Shown: positions 43,746 through 53,680 of the stretch, piece by piece
Position numbering within the stretch: the stretch's first letter is position 1
Layout: each line of letters starts with the position of its first letter
From: Leptolyngbyaceae cyanobacterium
Lineage (GTDB): Bacteria; Cyanobacteriota; Cyanobacteriia; Phormidesmidales; Phormidesmidaceae
Direction: 5' to 3'
Length of the DNA stretch: 64,000 bases
NCBI GenBank assembly: GCA_050331235.1
Contig: JBHJHA010000019.1
Coordinates: forward strand, 1 to 64,000
Notes under the pieces: generated by a model
Told to the model about the DNA's origin: nothing
Databases searched by the model: none
Seen by the model: only the letters and a program-made list of their open reading frames with translations
Position numbers and translations under genes: made by a program

Positions 43746-44347
43746 TGCCCACTGACTTGAGCGATATCACACACATGCCCTCAATGGGACATTTTAAGAA
43801 GGCGACTTGGCAGGACCAAGCCGGGCTAAAACGGCCCGACGGCCGCCTGCTGAGTGTGCATTCAGCATGTGCATCGCCGGAAAATTCGCTCTGCTGATGC
43901 CCCATAAGGTCTGCAATCCCCCTCCCTGGGAAATAGCTGTACAGGGCCCTTTCCCACGGAAACTGGCTGGCAAGAGTTGGCAGGTAACGAAGGGCAGCTT
44001 CCCTCTATCAAACCGATCTCAGTCTTCCGCTGCCAAGTTGAGTCTGGGTCAGCGAGTAGAAAGCGCTGCCATGCATTACTCCAGATGCTCAGGCTCGCGA
44101 CTGATGACCGGACCAGAGGCTTTGCACGTAAAAGAACTCGCACACCAACAAGTTGTACATAAATCAAACATCAAGAAAAACAACCGCTCAATACAGTTTA
44201 TATATGGGCTTTTAGGCAACTCAGCGATCGCCGACGATAGCTTGGTTAACGCTACCGCTCTCGCTCAGTTCAAGGACTTGGCATTGCGTGAGTAGTCAAC
44301 ACAGACTTAGTGCCTCGACTGCCCTCGGCGACTACTGGAGATCACAC

Positions 44348-44647
44348 ATGGCTGTTCCACACATTTTGGCTGAATCACAAGTCAAGGCTTTCAAGTTCTA
44401 CGAGCAAGGCTCGATTCAAGAAGCGATTTTAGTCAATAACCAGATTATGCGACTAGCAGGCAACTTTGCCCTTGAGCAAAAGCAAGCGGCCTTTGATCTG
44501 GCTTACGACCTTTGTCAGCAGTATTCAACTATGATCACCCCTGGCGCTAAGGCTTATCGAGTCTGGGTCGACGTTCGGTGTACTCGTCCCTTTTCAGTTG
44601 GGACGCGGCTTGCTCAGACGACTGACGAGCCTTGTCTAGCCGCTTAG
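44348..44647 (+). CDS. Small cyanobacterial hypothetical protein (99 aa)
   Basis: GGAG RBS before ATG 44348; P.IL.E..V..FKFY...Y.VW pattern typical of a small cyanobacterial family. Confidence 0.7.
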   Translation: MAVPHILAESQVKAFKFYEQGSIQEAILVNNQIMRLAGNFALEQKQAAFDLAYDLCQQYSTMITPGAKAYRVWVDVRCTRPFSVGTRLAQTTDEPCLAA

Positions 44648-44706
44648 CTGAATGACACGATCGCTAAAACTCGTCACAATACGGAAGATAGCGACGAGGC
44701 AGCACC

Positions 44707-46230
44707 ATGACGACCGGGGTTTGGGTATTAGGCGATCAGCTATGGACCGGCCAGGCAGCGCTAGCCCGTTGTCAGGACCAACGTCACGAGACCCCCGTAT
44801 TGATGGTTGAGTCCCTCGACCATGTCCAGCAGCGACGCTATCATCAGCAAAAACTCGTTCTAATCTGGTCAGCCATGCGGCACTTTGCCGCCAACCTCGA
44901 AGCCTCGGGCTGGTCAGTAACCTACGTTAAGGCCCAAGATTTCACCACTCCGCTGCAGCAGTGGGTTCGCGATCGCAACATTGACACCTTACAGATGATG
45001 GAGCCCAATGATCGGCCCTTCCTCACCTATCTGCAAGATCTCGATCTGCCCTGTCAGCTACAGCTGCTGCCCAACAACCACTTTTTATGGAGCCGTGACG
45101 ATTTTCAAGGATGGGCTCGCGATCGTAAGAGCTTACTGATGGAGAGCTTTTATCGAGCCGGTCGCCAACAACTAGACGTCTTGATGACAGGGGAAGATCC
45201 CCTCGGTGGTCAGTGGAACTTTGACAAGCAAAACCGTAAACCCCCTAAAACAGGGTTTGAAACGCCTGAGGTGCTGGACTTCGCCCCGGATGATATTACG
45301 CAAACGGTGATTACCGAGGTCCAGGCAGTTGATTTTTCCACCTTTGGCGACAGCCAACCCTTTCGCTGGGCCGTGACTCGAGAGCAAGCGCTACAGGTTT
45401 TGGACCATTTCATCTCTACTCGCTTAGCTACCTTTGGCCCCTACCAAGACGCCATGGTCACGGGGGAAGATTTTATGTGGCACGCGCTGTTGTCGCCTTA
45501 CTTAAACTTGGGCCTATTGCAGCCCCTAGAAGTCATTGAAGCCGCAGAAACCGCCTTCCATGAACATGAACTGCCCCTCAACAGCGTTGAGGGATTTATC
45601 CGTCAGGTGATGGGCTGGCGCGAATACATGCGGGGCCTATATTGGTATGTTGGCGATGACTATTTCGATCGCAATTGGTTTGACCACGATCGGCCCCTGC
45701 CGGACTTTTTTTGGACTGGTGAAACTGATATGAACTGTCTGCACCAGGTAGTCAATCAGGTACAGCGAACGGGGTATGGCCATCACATCCAGCGATTGAT
45801 GATTTTGGCCAACTTCTCATTGATTGCTGGCCTACAGCCCCAAGCGGTGGAAGATTGGTTCCACGCTGCTTTTATCGATGCCTACGACTGGGTCATGCAG
45901 ACCAACGTGCTGGGCATGGGGGTTTTTGCTGACGGGGGCGTGCTGGCTTCTAAGCCCTACGCGGCATCGGCTAACTATGTCAATCGCATGAGTGACTACT
46001 GTAAGGGCTGTTCCTACAAACACACAAAGCGCACTGGCGAAGGGGCCTGTCCCTTCAACTTTCTCTATTGGAACTTCTTAGACCGGCACCGAAAAAAGCT
46101 CAAGACCCAGGGGCGGATGGGGTTGATTTTGGCCAATCTCGACAAGATGGCAGCGGCCGAACTCGCAGACATCCGCGATCGCGCAGCGCAGTTTTTGGCT
46201 TCACCATCAATGTCATCAACGGCTGATTAA
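44707..46230 (+). CDS. FeS-cluster cryptochrome/photolyase (FeS-BCP, PhrB-like (6-4) photolyase class)
   Basis: WVLGDQL, HQQKLVL..SAMRHF, HHIQRLM, KPYAAS; four Cys in DMNC, DYCKGC, GACPF. Confidence 0.92.
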   Translation: MTTGVWVLGDQLWTGQAALARCQDQRHETPVLMVESLDHVQQRRYHQQKLVLIWSAMRHFAANLEASGWSVTYVKAQDFTTPLQQWVRDRNIDTLQMMEPNDRPFLTYLQDLDLPCQLQLLPNNHFLWSRDDFQGWARDRKSLLMESFYRAGRQQLDVLMTGEDPLGGQWNFDKQNRKPPKTGFETPEVLDFAPDDITQTVITEVQAVDFSTFGDSQPFRWAVTREQALQVLDHFISTRLATFGPYQDAMVTGEDFMWHALLSPYLNLGLLQPLEVIEAAETAFHEHELPLNSVEGFIRQVMGWREYMRGLYWYVGDDYFDRNWFDHDRPLPDFFWTGETDMNCLHQVVNQVQRTGYGHHIQRLMILANFSLIAGLQPQAVEDWFHAAFIDAYDWVMQTNVLGMGVFADGGVLASKPYAASANYVNRMSDYCKGCSYKHTKRTGEGACPFNFLYWNFLDRHRKKLKTQGRMGLILANLDKMAAAELADIRDRAAQFLASPSMSSTAD

Positions 46231-46364
46231 CCCTAGGCTCAAGCCATCGTCATTGAAGCTATCCGCACAGAGCTTTTAACCTTTACGCAACTCGTCCACC
46301 GAGCGCAGTCAGTCAGTCTCGACTATTTGCAAATCAACCTCTTCGAGCATCCACACTCGCAATT

Positions 46365-47678
46365 TCATTGATATAAGAAAACTCGTTTTGCCGCCCGTGT
46401 TAAAGCTACATAGCAAAGCTGATTGCGCTCAATAATGTTGCGATTTGCTTGCATCGACGGTAAATCAATAAAAACATCTTGAAATGTCGATCCTTGACTT
46501 TTATGGATCGTCAGACTGTAGGCATAGTCAACTTCATGGAAAAACTGCTTAAGATCCCAAAAAGCCATCCAGTTTTTACTACGGGCCAGGTCATCCAGCT
46601 TCAGCTGCAGTTCACTTTCACCGGATTCATGGAGCACCCGAAGCGTTCGAAACGTTCCTTCTTCTGTCTCAACTGATAATAGCCAAATCGGCCATTCACC
46701 TTCACGGCTACGACGCGCTTCAATCACTTCACACTCCGCCGACGTGGAAAGAATGATATTTTCCTCTTCTAAACAGGGGTTCAAAGCAATGAGTCGCTCA
46801 CCGGGAACAAAGCGCAGCGCCGTGGGACCATAAATCGCCCGACGAATCTTACGGTTGAGCTGGGCCACGCGGCGGTTGGTATAGGCCAGCGCCCGCACCT
46901 GGTCTGGGTTGAACCGATAACTATCGCTCGTAAAAGCTCGGAGCATCAACGTTTCCCAAGCCACCCGCGACACCACAAAACAACCTTCGGTCCGATCGCC
47001 GTTAACATCTGTGACGAACTGGGGAAAGCGATCGCGCTCCAGATTACGGCGAATATCCTCCGCGATCACACCAATCGCTCCGCCGTAGCGCACTACCTCT
47101 GTCAGCTCAGATTTGTTCAGGATTTCGCGAAAGCAAGCAGATTCTGACTCGTTCACCGGCGGCAGCTGGGCCGCATCCCCGACAAACAAAATTTGGGTCT
47201 GGCCATAGAGATTGGTGACAGCATTCACCAATAATCGCCAAAGTTCCTCGTTGACCATCGAGCATTCGTCAACAATGATCAGATCAAACCGATCGACCTG
47301 GCTGTCTTGCTTGCGATCGAGCTGAAATTCCTGGTTGCCGGTATCTTCGTTGATCACCGGGCGTAGTCCGAGTAAGGTGCAGCAGGTCATCGCATCAATG
47401 TTGAGCTGCCACTGCTCGGCCATCATGGCTAAGACTTTGGTCGCTTTGTTGCTAAAAGCCGACAGCACGATCTTGCGGTTGTCGCCTTGCTCCCGTAAGC
47501 CGCCGATAAAAATTTGGAGTAGGGTAGTTTTACCAGTTCCTGCATAGCCAGTGAGCAGGTAGAGCTTTTCAGGACTATCGACAAAGGTTTGTAAGGCGTC
47601 AAGGGCAGCTAGTTGCTCCGCCGTCAGGGCGATCGCATCATCACCAGAGTCTGTAGGGCTGGTCTGTAGTCGCACCAT
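46365..47678 (-). CDS. RecD/Dda-like superfamily 1B DNA helicase
   Basis: GYAGTGKT, IVDECSM, VGDAAQLPPV, YAYSLTIHKSQGSTF, YVALTRA. Confidence 0.92.
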   Translation of the reverse strand: MVRLQTSPTDSGDDAIALTAEQLAALDALQTFVDSPEKLYLLTGYAGTGKTTLLQIFIGGLREQGDNRKIVLSAFSNKATKVLAMMAEQWQLNIDAMTCCTLLGLRPVINEDTGNQEFQLDRKQDSQVDRFDLIIVDECSMVNEELWRLLVNAVTNLYGQTQILFVGDAAQLPPVNESESACFREILNKSELTEVVRYGGAIGVIAEDIRRNLERDRFPQFVTDVNGDRTEGCFVVSRVAWETLMLRAFTSDSYRFNPDQVRALAYTNRRVAQLNRKIRRAIYGPTALRFVPGERLIALNPCLEEENIILSTSAECEVIEARRSREGEWPIWLLSVETEEGTFRTLRVLHESGESELQLKLDDLARSKNWMAFWDLKQFFHEVDYAYSLTIHKSQGSTFQDVFIDLPSMQANRNIIERNQLCYVALTRAAKRVFLYQ

Positions 47679-47902
47679 GTATTACCGAAATTGAGATACC
47701 CAAGGTGTTAGCTGGCCAAAAATCGCTGTACCCAAACGCATTAGCGATGTCCCAAGGCTAGCAATTTTAGCGTCTGCGCCCGGTCTTGATGCAGTTCCCA
47801 AATGTGTAGTCGCTCACCTAGCGACACCTTGCTCAGGCAGAGTCAGTGCAGAACCAACGGAGACCAGGGAAAGCACACGAGCGCGACCACAGTTCCGCCG
47901 AA

Positions 47903-49009
47903 TTAGTCTACTGCTGCTAGCAAACCATGGGGAAACTCGGGCAGATCGGCCCCTCCCATTGCATTGTGTAACGTAGCGGCGGCTCGCCAACCTGCCTCTA
48001 GGGCTGAGTCGAGATGGGCCTTGCCACACCAGTCTCCGCAGGTGATGAGCGGCAAAGGGGTCGTCGCCATGGGCATGGGCTGCTCACAGGGTCGTTCCAC
48101 AAACGCGTAACGCCAGCGATGGACCTGCCAATGGTGAGGGCGGGCTAGCCAGTCGGCAACGCGCTGACTGGCATGGGCCAACAGCGCTTCCCCAGCCGGT
48201 TGTAGGTCGGTCGCCTCGAGCCAGTCACGGGCAAAGGCGGCACTACTGTGAATCACCACATTAATCCGGTCGAGCGATCGCTTGCTGCTATCCAGCCCCA
48301 CCCAAAACAGGGCCGTATCAGCCTGTCCCTCCACCATCCAGGGAGCGGCGGCGGCACAGGGCAACGGATCCGCCGGTTGAGTGAGGGCATTAGCATACTG
48401 GGCCATGACCGTAATCATCGGCGCATAGCTTACCGTTTCCAATGCTTTCGTGACCGTCTTGATGGGGGCCCAGGTGCCCAGCGAGGAGAGCATTGGCACA
48501 ATCTGCGGTGCCGGCAACGCCATAACGATAGCCTTTGCTCGAAACTGACCAGTCGTCTGGTCAGCCGCCCGCTGGGTCGTGATGGTCCACCGCGGGTCTG
48601 ACGAGGTAGAGAGGTTAATCACACGCTGGTGATGATGAATCATCAGCCCCTCCGCCAGCTCCTTTCCCACGGCATTCATCCCGGCTGGAGCCGCATACAG
48701 CATTGCCGTTAGGGGGCGATCGCGGAGGGTCCGCCCAGCGCCTAAGCCATAGCTTTGTGGCCGCCAAGGCACAATCAGTTGTTCTGCCAGCCAGCGATCA
48801 ATTAGCCACTGCCACCGGGGAGAGGCCACAGTTAAGTAGCGCGCTCCGTGGTCTAGGGGCATGCCGTCTAGGCGACGAGTCGCCAAGCGCCCACCGACCC
48901 CACGGGACTTTTCCAATAGGCTGACTTGATAGCCGGCGTGGTGTAAACGGCGCGCACAGGTAAGGCCCGCCAAGCCCGCCCCCACGACAATCACATCTTG
49001 ATCGGTCAT
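47903..49009 (-). CDS. Renalase-like FAD/NAD(P)-dependent oxidoreductase
   Basis: VVGAGLAGL, EKSRGVGGRLATRR, DHGA, HRWRYA, CGDWC; ATG at 49009. Confidence 0.9.
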   Translation of the reverse strand: MTDQDVIVVGAGLAGLTCARRLHHAGYQVSLLEKSRGVGGRLATRRLDGMPLDHGARYLTVASPRWQWLIDRWLAEQLIVPWRPQSYGLGAGRTLRDRPLTAMLYAAPAGMNAVGKELAEGLMIHHHQRVINLSTSSDPRWTITTQRAADQTTGQFRAKAIVMALPAPQIVPMLSSLGTWAPIKTVTKALETVSYAPMITVMAQYANALTQPADPLPCAAAAPWMVEGQADTALFWVGLDSSKRSLDRINVVIHSSAAFARDWLEATDLQPAGEALLAHASQRVADWLARPHHWQVHRWRYAFVERPCEQPMPMATTPLPLITCGDWCGKAHLDSALEAGWRAAATLHNAMGGADLPEFPHGLLAAVD

Positions 49010-49145
49010 TTCTCGGCCACTCAGGTAAGGCGTGTCCCTTGCAAAGCCCGGTGACACCGCTAACATCCGCCACTGTAAATGCTTTTGCGTGGGTACTTTC
49101 AAATGCTTAAAATAGGATAATCAATTGGCCCGAGATGAGTATCTG

Positions 49146-49997
49146 ATGGTGGATGAACTGCGTTCGGCCCTGGAACTTGCCACTGAAGACGAGCTACAAG
49201 CACTGACGGAACTGTTGTTTCGTCCCAAGCTAAATCCTTTTGACTATCTATGCGGGCAGCATCCTCTTGAGGTGCAGCAGAGCGATCGCCATACCTTGCT
49301 AGACCAGCTCGAGGCACGATTTCGCTACCTCGCCGCCGATGGCATGACGGTCATTCGCGGCGGCTGCGATCGCGTTTCTTACCGGCAGGCAGTGCTGCAA
49401 GCTTGCCGCCACTTAAACATCACCTACTCAGCCACTTGGGCCACCACTGATTTAGAAGCCGAAGTCTTTTTAAATGTCTTGGAAAAAGCCTGGCAACAAC
49501 TGCCCCAGCAGCAGCGGCGATCCCTTCAACGGCAGGTGCAGCAATCTATCGTGCAGTGCGATGAGTTTGCTGCCTTACCTTTACCGCTGCAGCGCAATCC
49601 GTTAGGGCTTTTGATGAAAGGCGGCAGCGCCATTGCGGTCAGTGCCGTCATTCGCCCATGGCTGCTCCAGCAGATTGCTCGCCAGTTTGCCCTGCAGCTG
49701 GCTCGCCAGCAGGTAGCGAAAGGGGCGCTAGCGCGGGGAGGTCTCAGCCTAGCGGGACAGATCCACTCGCGGGCAGCGATGGCCATGGCGTCTCGGGGCA
49801 TGGCTCTCAACGCCGCTCGCTACACCGCCACTCGAAGTTTTTTTGCAGTGCTTGGTCCCGCCATGTGGACATGGTTTTTGGCTGATTTGGGCTGGCGGGC
49901 GATCGCGACTAACCATGGTCGGGTTATTCCCGTCGTTTTCACCTTGGCTCAGATTCGCCTGACTCGGGGCGAGTCCTACGAGCTGGCACAGTGTTGA
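49146..49997 (+). CDS. YaaW/UPF0174-like conserved cyanobacterial protein
   Basis: DELRSALELATEDEL, RFRYLAADG, ADLGWRAIATN.GR.IP..F.LAQIRL; start 49146 or 49149. Confidence 0.8.
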   Translation: MVDELRSALELATEDELQALTELLFRPKLNPFDYLCGQHPLEVQQSDRHTLLDQLEARFRYLAADGMTVIRGGCDRVSYRQAVLQACRHLNITYSATWATTDLEAEVFLNVLEKAWQQLPQQQRRSLQRQVQQSIVQCDEFAALPLPLQRNPLGLLMKGGSAIAVSAVIRPWLLQQIARQFALQLARQQVAKGALARGGLSLAGQIHSRAAMAMASRGMALNAARYTATRSFFAVLGPAMWTWFLADLGWRAIATNHGRVIPVVFTLAQIRLTRGESYELAQC

Positions 49998-50010
49998 GTG
50001 AGCCATTGGG

Positions 50011-50556
50011 ATGACAGATCACCGCACAACGCCCACCCATTACCAACTGCTGAAAATCAAGCCGACGGCCTCCCTGCAGGAGATCCGTCGGGCCTATCGT
50101 GATTTGAGTAAGCTGTATCACCCCGATACCACCACCTTGCCCCCCGCGATCGCGATCGAAAAGTTCAAACACCTCAACAATGCCTATGCGACGCTCAGCA
50201 ATCCCGACAGTCGCACCGCTTATGACTACAGCATTGGCATCTCCCGGGTGGCTGTGATCCAAGCGCCGGCCTATCTCAATCGTCCCGCCACGGAGCGGGG
50301 CCACACGGGACGCGATAGTGCTTACCTCGACCCCACTGATCGCCCCCTTTCCGCCGGTGAAATGTTTGCCTTGTTTATTTTGGGCATCACCTTTGTCGGC
50401 TGCCTCATTTTGGTTTTCACCATTAGCTGGACCAAAGGCGAACTGGTGCTGTATTCCGAGCCCACGGCCCCACCGTCAGCATCACAGTCGCAGCCTACGA
50501 CCAGCCAGCCAGCCCCGGCTTCCCGGTCTCCAGGACTGCCTATCCCACCACCCTAA
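50011..50556 (+). CDS. DnaJ J-domain membrane protein
   Basis: HYQLL..AYRDLSKLYHPD; C-terminal TM after DRPLSAGE. Confidence 0.9.
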   Translation: MTDHRTTPTHYQLLKIKPTASLQEIRRAYRDLSKLYHPDTTTLPPAIAIEKFKHLNNAYATLSNPDSRTAYDYSIGISRVAVIQAPAYLNRPATERGHTGRDSAYLDPTDRPLSAGEMFALFILGITFVGCLILVFTISWTKGELVLYSEPTAPPSASQSQPTTSQPAPASRSPGLPIPPP

Positions 50557-50669
50557 AACCTTGGATTCACCAGCCATATCCGCCCCACGGGACGCATTAT
50601 CTTCAAAAGTAATTTGATCATCAGAGATAATTAGTGTGATCATCCCCTCAAAGACCTCTCATTGACCCC

Positions 50670-50942
50670 ATGGTTATGCCCACTGCTGACACTCCGCTGT
50701 ACAACCATCCCCTGCCTGACATTGAGCGCTGGCTTAAGGAGCAGGGTTGCCGACAAAATTCTGAAGCGCTGCATAAGTGGCACATTGAGAAAACGGACTG
50801 GACGGCAGACATCGCTTTAGACGTTGACTCCATCGTTGTGCGGTATCTCAAAACGCCGCCCAGCAACGAAGACGTGCAGCGCATCTTCAAATATTCTCTT
50901 AGTCGCCAAGATTTACAGGAAGCGATTTTCTCCGGTCCGTAA
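50670..50942 (+). CDS. DUF3143 family protein
   Basis: TPLYNHPLPDIERWL...FKYSLSRQD..AIFSGP. Confidence 0.85.
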   Translation: MVMPTADTPLYNHPLPDIERWLKEQGCRQNSEALHKWHIEKTDWTADIALDVDSIVVRYLKTPPSNEDVQRIFKYSLSRQDLQEAIFSGP

Positions 50943-50979
50943 TACGCCCGCTACTCACCTGATCAACTGTCACTCTGGG

Positions 50980-51960
50980 ATGAATGCAATGACTGCACTG
51001 TTTCAAGGAGCCACCCAGGCGATCGCCCTGGTCCCTGGCGGACCCACAATTCCGGCCTTGGGCGTCGGTACCTGGGCTTGGGGCGATTCCCTGTTTTGGA
51101 GCTATGGCAAAGACTATACCGAAACTGATTTACATGCTGCCTTCAAAGCTGCAGTCGCCGCTGGGGCGAACTTTTTTGATACGGCTGAGGTGTACGGTCT
51201 GGGGGAGTCAGAGCGATTGTTGGGTCGCTTTCTCCAGTCTTTAGATCAGCGGATTTTCATTGCCACCAAGTACTTTCCCCTGCCCTGGCGATGGTCAGCC
51301 CAGGCCGTTTCGGCAACTCTGACGGCCAGCCTCGAGAGACTACAGCTCGATTGTCTGGATCTCTACCAAGTACATTGGCCCCTCGACTTTTTGATGGGTC
51401 AAAAAGAACTCATGAATGCCCTCGCTAATGAGGTCAAGCAAGGGCGGATTCGAGCGGTGGGCGTTAGCAATTACTCGGCTCAGCAAATGCAGACGGCCTA
51501 CGATTACTTAGCACAGCGGGGCGTTCCCTTAGCCGTTAACCAGGTGCAATACTCGCTACTGCACCGCAATATTGAATCCAACGGAGTACTCGACAAAGCC
51601 CGCGAGCTCAACGTCAACATTCTCGCTTACAGTCCCCTAGCCCAAGGGCTCCTCACGGGGAAATACTCAGCGAACGATTACACCAAGCCCGCTGGCGCGC
51701 GACAGCTCAATCCCCGCTTTAGCAAGTCAGGGCTCGACAAAATCGAGCTTGTGCTCCAGACGCTGCGGGAAATTGCCAATACCCATGACAAAACTCCAGC
51801 CCAGGTGGCGCTCAATTGGCTGATCTGCATCGGCAATGTGGTGCCGATTCCAGGGGCCAAAAACGCTCATCAGGCGAGTCAGAATGCGGGGGCGCTTAAT
51901 TGGTCGATGACGGCCCAAGAGCACGAGCGGTTGAGTCGGGCCACCCAAGCCTGGCGTTAG
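50980..51960 (+). CDS. Aldo/keto reductase
   Basis: LGVGTWAWG, FDTAEVYG, IATK, LYQVHWP, AVGVSN, AYSPLAQG, IPGAK; start 50980 or 50989. Confidence 0.93.
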   Translation: MNAMTALFQGATQAIALVPGGPTIPALGVGTWAWGDSLFWSYGKDYTETDLHAAFKAAVAAGANFFDTAEVYGLGESERLLGRFLQSLDQRIFIATKYFPLPWRWSAQAVSATLTASLERLQLDCLDLYQVHWPLDFLMGQKELMNALANEVKQGRIRAVGVSNYSAQQMQTAYDYLAQRGVPLAVNQVQYSLLHRNIESNGVLDKARELNVNILAYSPLAQGLLTGKYSANDYTKPAGARQLNPRFSKSGLDKIELVLQTLREIANTHDKTPAQVALNWLICIGNVVPIPGAKNAHQASQNAGALNWSMTAQEHERLSRATQAWR

Positions 51961-51985
51961 CAAAGCTTAGCAATACGAGTGGATC

Positions 51986-52498
51986 ATGAAACAACTTAGA
52001 ACCTGGGGTTTTACCGAAGACAGTTGGAAAGGCCAGCGGGGAGAGTACTGGGTGCTGGCCCAGGGACTGATCTTGCTGGTATTTGTGCTGCTGCCCCAGT
52101 GGCAACCAGCAGCCTGGCAGTCGTGGCCAACGGCTGTGGTGTATATGCTGGATGGTGTCGCGATCGCCTTTGCCGGTTTGGCGACGGTTTTACTCGGGAA
52201 AGGACTCCTTGACCTCGGCGCAAATCTTACACCGCTGCCCTATCCCCGTGCAGATGCGCAACTGGTGCAAACGGGCATTTACGGGTGGGTGCGGCATAGC
52301 CTCTATAGCGGTCTCATTTTTGGCACAGCGGCGTTCAGCCTGTGGACGCGCAGCCTGCCTCACCTCCTCATGGCAGTGATTTTGTTTATCGTGCTCGATA
52401 TCAAGGCCCGTAAAGAAGAAGCCTGGTTGCTAGAGCGCTTTCCCGCCTATGCCGATTATCGACAGCGGGTGAGCAAGTTTATTCCTGGACTGTATTGA
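51986..52498 (+). CDS. Isoprenylcysteine carboxyl methyltransferase family membrane protein
   Basis: LVQTGIYGWVRHSLY, KARKEEAWL..F..Y..Y...V.KFIP. Confidence 0.88.
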   Translation: MKQLRTWGFTEDSWKGQRGEYWVLAQGLILLVFVLLPQWQPAAWQSWPTAVVYMLDGVAIAFAGLATVLLGKGLLDLGANLTPLPYPRADAQLVQTGIYGWVRHSLYSGLIFGTAAFSLWTRSLPHLLMAVILFIVLDIKARKEEAWLLERFPAYADYRQRVSKFIPGLY

Positions 52499-52579
52499 AT
52501 TCAGAATTCAATTCCTGGAGTGCCAAATTCTCGGACGCCACGTGGGAGAATATGAAGCCCTGACGCTATCATCGAGCCT

Positions 52580-53638
52580 ATGAATACTGATTTTCGTCCG
52601 CCGGATCACCAGATTGCTCAGGCTTTGGATCCCAGCACTGACCTCTCGTTTGAACTCCCCAATCCGGAAGACGAAGATTTATCAGAGTACGAGTTTCAGC
52701 GGCAAATTGATTGGGCTTGGCAGGTTTGCGATCGCTTTGACCTGCAAACTGATATTTGGCGAGGCCGCATTATGCGCACGGTGCGCGATCGCGAAAAGCG
52801 CGGGGGCGATGGACGCGGCAGTGGATTTCTGAACTGGCTCCGCGATCGTGAGATCACGAAAAGTCAGGCCTATTCCCTGATTGAACTGGCGGACAGCGCT
52901 GATACGCTCCTGCAAGAAGGGATGCTAGAACCCGAATCCGTCAATAATTTCAGCAAGCGGGCCTTTGTTGAAACTGCCCAAGCGGCCCCTGAGGTGCAGC
53001 AGCTTGTGAGTGATGCCGCCCAGCGGGGCGAGCAGATAACCCGTCGTGAAGTACGGCAAATTTCCGATGAGTGGACTGCCATGACCTCCGATTTATTGCC
53101 CACAGAGCTCAAGGAAAAAGCTGCGAACAACACCATTCCCACCCGTTACCTAGCACCCCTCGTCAAAGAAATGGAGAAGCTGCCACCCCCCCACCAGGAG
53201 ACCCTGAGGACCGAGGTCATGCTCAATCCAGATATTGACACCCTGAAACAGGTCACGGCCGAAGCCCGCTACTTGGCCAAGTACCTCGAAGCGGCCATCC
53301 AGGTGCAGGCACTCAACAGCGACAACCTTGATTTGGAACAGGCTCTGGAGGAAGCGCTGCGCATCGGCTGTCTTAACGCCACTGCTGATCTGGTCAAGCA
53401 GGCGGCCCAGCTAGAGCAGGCCACCGCCAAACTGTATAGCGCTTGGTCCCAGATGAACAAGCTATCGGAGCGGGTGTTTGTCGATAGCGGTTCGAGTACG
53501 CCACACTTGCGGAACCTGCTCAGCCACTTAGAACCCTTAACGAGTCAAACCCTAGAAGTGCAGCTAGGCGACCCTGAAAGCCCCCTCTCGCATATGGTGA
53601 GGCTACAACTGCTAGGCGCCGAGGGCAGTGAGGCATGA
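52580..53638 (+). CDS. Conserved cyanobacterial hypothetical protein
   Basis: 352-aa ORF with coding-like composition; WQVCDRFDLQTDIWRGRI..GFLNWL..ITKSQAY. Confidence 0.8.
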   Translation: MNTDFRPPDHQIAQALDPSTDLSFELPNPEDEDLSEYEFQRQIDWAWQVCDRFDLQTDIWRGRIMRTVRDREKRGGDGRGSGFLNWLRDREITKSQAYSLIELADSADTLLQEGMLEPESVNNFSKRAFVETAQAAPEVQQLVSDAAQRGEQITRREVRQISDEWTAMTSDLLPTELKEKAANNTIPTRYLAPLVKEMEKLPPPHQETLRTEVMLNPDIDTLKQVTAEARYLAKYLEAAIQVQALNSDNLDLEQALEEALRIGCLNATADLVKQAAQLEQATAKLYSAWSQMNKLSERVFVDSGSSTPHLRNLLSHLEPLTSQTLEVQLGDPESPLSHMVRLQLLGAEGSEA

Positions 53639-53680
53639 GCCAAACCTGGCCTATATGCAAGCTTCGCCGAAAATTTGTGA

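Noticed and set aside
43807..44295. 162-aa + strand ORF in the long intergenic region
   Set aside because: TTG start without an RBS, atypical composition, no recognisable motif
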